Shown one piece after another: positions 16,529 to 20,000 of a DNA stretch of 20,000 bases. The DNA is from an uncultured virus (IMG/VR IMGVR_UViG_3300007171_000076). Its lineage: Duplodnaviria > Heunggongvirae > Uroviricota > Caudoviricetes. Position 1 is the stretch's first letter. The number at the start of each line of letters is the position of its first letter. Under the pieces are notes generated by a model. That model did no database searches. It was given only the letters and a program-made list of their open reading frames with translations, and was not told the DNA's origin. The stretch is from IMG/VR virus record IMGVR_UViG_3300007171_000076. One strand, given 5' to 3'. The position numbers and the translations under genes are program-made.

Positions 16529-17626
16529 ATGCCATATCCATCATCTATTAAAGCTTTTATCAATCCTATTGCTAGAACTAATTTGGTTTGTTATTTAGAC
16601 GCTAACAATCCATCTTCTTATCCTGGATCTGGAACTACTTGGTATGATTTGACAGGTAGAGGAAATAATTGCAGCATGACCAATGGAGCTTATTGGGATA
16701 CAGAAGGGAATGGCTCCATTTTTTTTGATGGCACTAACGATTTAGGAATTATTGCTGCAGCAGCCGATTTAGATTTTCCCGGAGATTTTACTGTAGAAAC
16801 TTGGGTTCATTGGATTCCGTTTAAAGCTAGCATGTTTGATGGAGAATCTGGGTGGTATGGACTTGGCATTTTGCACAGAAGATGGTCACCAGATACAGGA
16901 ACTTGGGCTTTAGCGTCCTATGGAGATGCTGATTTATTCTGGAGACAATTTAACCCCTCTGTCAATATGTTTGGATATGTAGGTTATCATGTAAGAAACA
17001 GATGGACTCATGCTGTTGTAACAAGAACTAGTGGAACTATGAGAATGTATCAAGATGGAGTTTTACTAGGAACAGCTACAAGTAATTTGGACTACACAAC
17101 TGTTGCTCCTATCGTCATTGGACAATGGGATGGAATTGCTTATGCTACTATTAGAATGTCTGTTTTAAGAATTTACAAAAGAGGATTAACTACTACTGAA
17201 GTTTTGAATCATTACAATTATGAGAAGAATAGATATATCAATGAAACTTCAAATATTGCGAGTATGTTAGAAACTAAAACTACTCACTTTTCAGGTGCTA
17301 TTCAAAGATTTTCAGCAGCTAAATATCCTACAGATGTTACAGAGGGAACTACAAGAAGAAATCCTACTTTAACATTAACAGATTTCAAAGATCAAATTGA
17401 CCAGACTAATAAGACTGGTCATCCAACTAAGTTATCACAGAATTTAAGTATTGCAAATGATAAAAAAGCTTATCTCGCTAATTTATCTCAGGAATCAATG
17501 AACTCTGTTATGAATCAGCTTGAAACAATCAACAAAATGAGTCAAAAACTCTATAAAGATATTCTGTTATTAAAATCTCAGAGTATTACTAAAAACGGTG
17601 TATATCCAAGCTCAAAATATAGATGA
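16529..17626 (+). CDS. MPYPSS-family paralogue 5: LamG-like domain plus helical C-terminus ending VYPSSKYR (365 aa)
   Basis: True start is ATG 16529 (MPYPSS), 1 nt after the paralogue 4 stop; LVCYLDANNPSSYPGSGTTWYDLTGRGNN, FDGTND, WTHAVVTR...MYQDG; SAAKYPTD. Confidence 0.88.
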   Translation: MPYPSSIKAFINPIARTNLVCYLDANNPSSYPGSGTTWYDLTGRGNNCSMTNGAYWDTEGNGSIFFDGTNDLGIIAAAADLDFPGDFTVETWVHWIPFKASMFDGESGWYGLGILHRRWSPDTGTWALASYGDADLFWRQFNPSVNMFGYVGYHVRNRWTHAVVTRTSGTMRMYQDGVLLGTATSNLDYTTVAPIVIGQWDGIAYATIRMSVLRIYKRGLTTTEVLNHYNYEKNRYINETSNIASMLETKTTHFSGAIQRFSAAKYPTDVTEGTTRRNPTLTLTDFKDQIDQTNKTGHPTKLSQNLSIANDKKAYLANLSQESMNSVMNQLETINKMSQKLYKDILLLKSQSITKNGVYPSSKYR

Positions 17627-17628
17627 AA

Positions 17629-17656
17629 AAAAAAGCTCCCGAAAGGGAGCTTTTTT
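17629..17656. terminator. Bidirectional intrinsic terminator
   Basis: AAAAAAGCTCCC-GAAA-GGGAGCTTTTTT between convergent genes. Confidence 0.92.
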
Positions 17657-17659
17657 AGT

Positions 17660-18532
17660 TTAAAGTAATTCTTCTAATTCGTCTTTATATTGAGTAAGAA
17701 TTTGTTTTACAATTGAATTTTTGATATTTAATTGCATAATATTCACTCTTTTTCCAATTTCAATAATCTTTTCAAGGATAAATCTTCTTGGGCTATCTTC
17801 ATCCATTTCTCTTGATGCGGTTCTTAAGAAATTCAAGAATGAAAAATACAACTTGACTGCAGGATTATCTCTATCATTTAAATCAGCATATAAAGTTTCT
17901 TCTACAGCGTTATCTCCATTGTAAAAATCATATTGAACATAGAATCTATCACAGAATCTGATATATTTTTCCATCAATGAATCAAAAGAATCTAAAGTAA
18001 TATCATACAATTCTGGATTTGTTTCTTTAATTTGTTGAAACATGTTTTCTTCAGCAACCTCAGGATCATCAGGCATTTCAAAAGGAGGGTTAGGCAATGT
18101 TGGAATTTCATTCTCCTCTCCCATCAATGCTAATCTTATCATACCTAAATCAATATTACTTCCAACAAATCTTATGTTGTGATTATTGGAGACATTTGAT
18201 TTTCCACCAGCTTGTTCGGTATATTTTGTTACGTTTGGTTTCTTGCCTGGATTTGGTTCTTTTTCTTTTTTTCTTTTTTGTCTTATGCGATTTTTCTTTT
18301 CTTTACTATCAAGATTCTTCGCTTTATTTACAGGAACACAAACTGGTTTTTTGCCTTTAGATGTATCACTTCTTCCGCAAGGTTGATATTTACCATCTTT
18401 TTTAGGAGCATCTACTCGAACCCATTTTTCTTGAAACCAATCGCCTAATTTGCCTTTTACTTTAGCTTCTCTGGTGTCATCATCTTCTTCAATTTTGACC
18501 CAACGAGAAATTTTAATATTATCTTCAGACAT
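17660..18532 (-). CDS. Hypothetical phage protein with a basic Cys-containing N-terminal module and an acidic helical C-terminus (290 aa)
   Basis: LGDWFQEKWVRV...QPCGR...PVCVP followed by a Lys/Arg-rich tract; I recall similar modules in other large DNA viruses but cannot verify the family. Confidence 0.8.
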   Translation of the reverse strand: MSEDNIKISRWVKIEEDDDTREAKVKGKLGDWFQEKWVRVDAPKKDGKYQPCGRSDTSKGKKPVCVPVNKAKNLDSKEKKNRIRQKRKKEKEPNPGKKPNVTKYTEQAGGKSNVSNNHNIRFVGSNIDLGMIRLALMGEENEIPTLPNPPFEMPDDPEVAEENMFQQIKETNPELYDITLDSFDSLMEKYIRFCDRFYVQYDFYNGDNAVEETLYADLNDRDNPAVKLYFSFLNFLRTASREMDEDSPRRFILEKIIEIGKRVNIMQLNIKNSIVKQILTQYKDELEELL

Positions 18533-18543
18533 TTATTTTCTCT

Positions 18544-18867
18544 CTAATCTTCTGCTCTTTTGATCCACTTAGATTCTTTTTTGGGGTCATGTAAAGAATC
18601 TAGATGATGTTCAGGAATCATATTCATTACTTGGGCATCATTATTTTCATCAAAGAACACAATATGGTTACTATCTACTGCTGCTGGGTAATGTAATTCT
18701 TCGTCTGATAATGATTTTCTGAATTTGCTTATAGGGGTGGCTTTTTCCCATTGCCCATCTGTGTCAACCTGATAATTTGCCGAGTCAAAATTATTTAAAG
18801 CACCATCAAGATTTTCTTTCAACTTGACATTATATACTTTTTCAAATTTAGAAGCTTTTTTAAACAT
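18544..18867 (-). CDS. Hypothetical phage protein (107 aa)
   Basis: AGGA SD; co-oriented with and 11 nt upstream of the 290-aa gene. Confidence 0.78.
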   Translation of the reverse strand: MFKKASKFEKVYNVKLKENLDGALNNFDSANYQVDTDGQWEKATPISKFRKSLSDEELHYPAAVDSNHIVFFDENNDAQVMNMIPEHHLDSLHDPKKESKWIKRAED

Positions 18868-18936
18868 ATATTATTCCTAAAAGTCGATGTTATTATTATA
18901 AAGTATTTGTTGTGACAGATTTAGAGACCTTTAGAC

Positions 18937-18964
18937 AGGATTAAATGGGAGCAAATTTTAAATA
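18937..18964 (+). promoter_or_regulatory. Candidate phage-specific (late) promoter AGG-N19-TAAATA
   Basis: AGG (18937-18939) ... TAAATA (18959-18964) upstream of the tailspike-like gene; a weaker divergent match (AGG-N18-CAAATA) lies on the minus strand at 18904-18930. Confidence 0.4.
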
Positions 18965-18986
18965 TATAGATAATTGAGGATTACAG

Positions 18987-20000
18987 ATGGCTATACCTAA
19001 CATTACATATTGGGAATTAAGAGCAGACGGAAGCGATAATAATTCAGGAGGCTATGATCCTAATTCTTCCTATACAGAAACTAACCTTACAGCTATTAAT
19101 GCGACGACAGCTTCTCCAACAGTTTCTTCGGCTACATATAATTTTGTTTCTGGTGATGTTGGGAAATGGTTATATATCAACTCTACTGGTGTATGGAATC
19201 CTGGATGGTATTTAATTACATCTATATCTGGAACAAGTGCTGTAATAAATGCTTCTTTAGGAAATTTTGTCCATGTCACAAATAACATCGGACCATCTGC
19301 GGTAGTTGGGTGTGCTACTACATCGTCTCCTACTGGTGGGAGATGGTCAATAGATCACTCACAGAGTAGCACAGCAAAAGCTTCAATGACAGATTTAGTT
19401 ATTGATTCTGTAACAAATACAATTATTTCAAGTGCTTCATATACGTTTACTAAAGCAGATGTAGGAAATTTGATTAGAATCACTGCTGGTACGAATTTTA
19501 CTACAGGACATTATTCTATTATTGGTGTAAATGCTGGAAAAGCAACATTAGATTCTGCTGTGGGAACCATTGGTTCTACAGGAGGAACTGGTTATCTTGG
19601 CGGAGGTATGCTTACTTTTTATAACTTCTCTGGAAGCGTACTTTATGGTCATAGATTTTATGCAAAAAATGGTACATACTATTCAAATGGATCTGGAGCA
19701 AATGGTAGTAGATTTGCTTTAATTGGATACAACTCATTACGTGGAGATAGTCCTCAAGGTAATGATAGACCATTATTCCGTCCTACTACTAATAATATAA
19801 CAATTGTCAATTTTGCTACAGCTGGTATTGCACATGATCTTTTAAATATTAGAATAGATGGATCAGGATTTACAGGGTGTACTGGTTTTGCCGAAAGTAA
19901 CAGTAGAAATGGCGTTGTTATGGATTGCAAAGTTTCCAATTGTGTAACCGGATTCAATGGAATTAACAATATGGGGACAATGAATTGTGAAGCAGATACT
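18987..20000 (+). CDS. Probable virion fibre/tailspike-like protein with start of a beta-helix region (3' truncated by window)
   Basis: Not in ORF track (no stop in window). GAGG SD, ATG 18987; MAIPNITYWELRADGSDNNSGG...; two similar units (SSATYNFVSGDVGKWLYI / SSASYTFTKADVGNLIRI); then KNGTY, LIGY, NIRIDG, DCKVSNCVTGF, typical of pectin lyase-like beta-helices. Confidence 0.75.
   Translation, partial: MAIPNITYWELRADGSDNNSGGYDPNSSYTETNLTAINATTASPTVSSATYNFVSGDVGKWLYINSTGVWNPGWYLITSISGTSAVINASLGNFVHVTNNIGPSAVVGCATTSSPTGGRWSIDHSQSSTAKASMTDLVIDSVTNTIISSASYTFTKADVGNLIRITAGTNFTTGHYSIIGVNAGKATLDSAVGTIGSTGGTGYLGGGMLTFYNFSGSVLYGHRFYAKNGTYYSNGSGANGSRFALIGYNSLRGDSPQGNDRPLFRPTTNNITIVNFATAGIAHDLLNIRIDGSGFTGCTGFAESNSRNGVVMDCKVSNCVTGFNGINNMGTMNCEADT

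Noticed and set aside
13581..17626. Diversity-generating retroelement (TR/VR pair) behind the repeated 3' ends
   Set aside because: Both copies are coding, differences are largely synonymous and not adenine-specific, and there is no reverse transcriptase in the window.
17721..18448. Plus-strand hydrophobic ORFs (17721..17924, 18097..18360, 18186..18386, 18212..18448)
   Set aside because: Antisense to the Lys-rich 290-aa gene; the Phe/Leu richness is the complement of AAA/GAA codons.
19070..19969. Minus-strand ORFs 19070..19288 and 19754..19969
   Set aside because: Antisense to the uninterrupted plus-strand gene from 18987, which the ORF track omitted because it has no stop in the window.
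1..20000. Stop-codon reassignment as in some large phages
   Set aside because: TAG ends groEL, thyX and paralogue 3, and TGA ends paralogue 5, at the expected positions; genes are full length under code 11.
1..20000. Bacterial chromosome origin suggested by nusG, groEL, ruvB and dinB
   Set aside because: None sits in its usual operon (no secE/rplK, groES or ruvA), and they are interleaved with an HNH endonuclease, orphan ORFs and virion-like genes.
1..20000. CRISPR array or tRNA genes
   Set aside because: Intergenic gaps are at most ~160 nt and show no spaced direct repeats or cloverleaf signatures.

Overview
AT-rich, gene-dense segment most consistent with a large (jumbo-type) tailed bacteriophage genome using the standard bacterial code. 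The left and centre (533-12543, mostly + strand) hold host-like and DNA-metabolism genes: NusG, a free-standing HNH-type endonuclease coupled to a two-domain ThyX-like thymidylate synthase, a divergent RuvB, GroEL (no GroES in the window), an SNase-like nuclease, a Y-family (DinB-like) polymerase, an Ogg2-like HhH glycosylase and a sigma-70 family factor. The right part is probably virion-related. Its most striking feature is a tandem array of five paralogues (12657-17626). All five start MPYPSS, carry an internal AKY[P/A]TD motif and a helical C-terminal region, and end alternately in VYPSSKYR or RYPSGRNRY; four carry a divergent LamG-like domain and one lacks it. The array is bracketed by intrinsic terminators, one only ~17 nt before its first ATG. 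It is followed by two minus-strand genes and a probable beta-helix tailspike-like gene that runs off the window. I saw no tRNA, rRNA, CRISPR array or DGR. Family assignments come from motif recognition by eye, not database searches.
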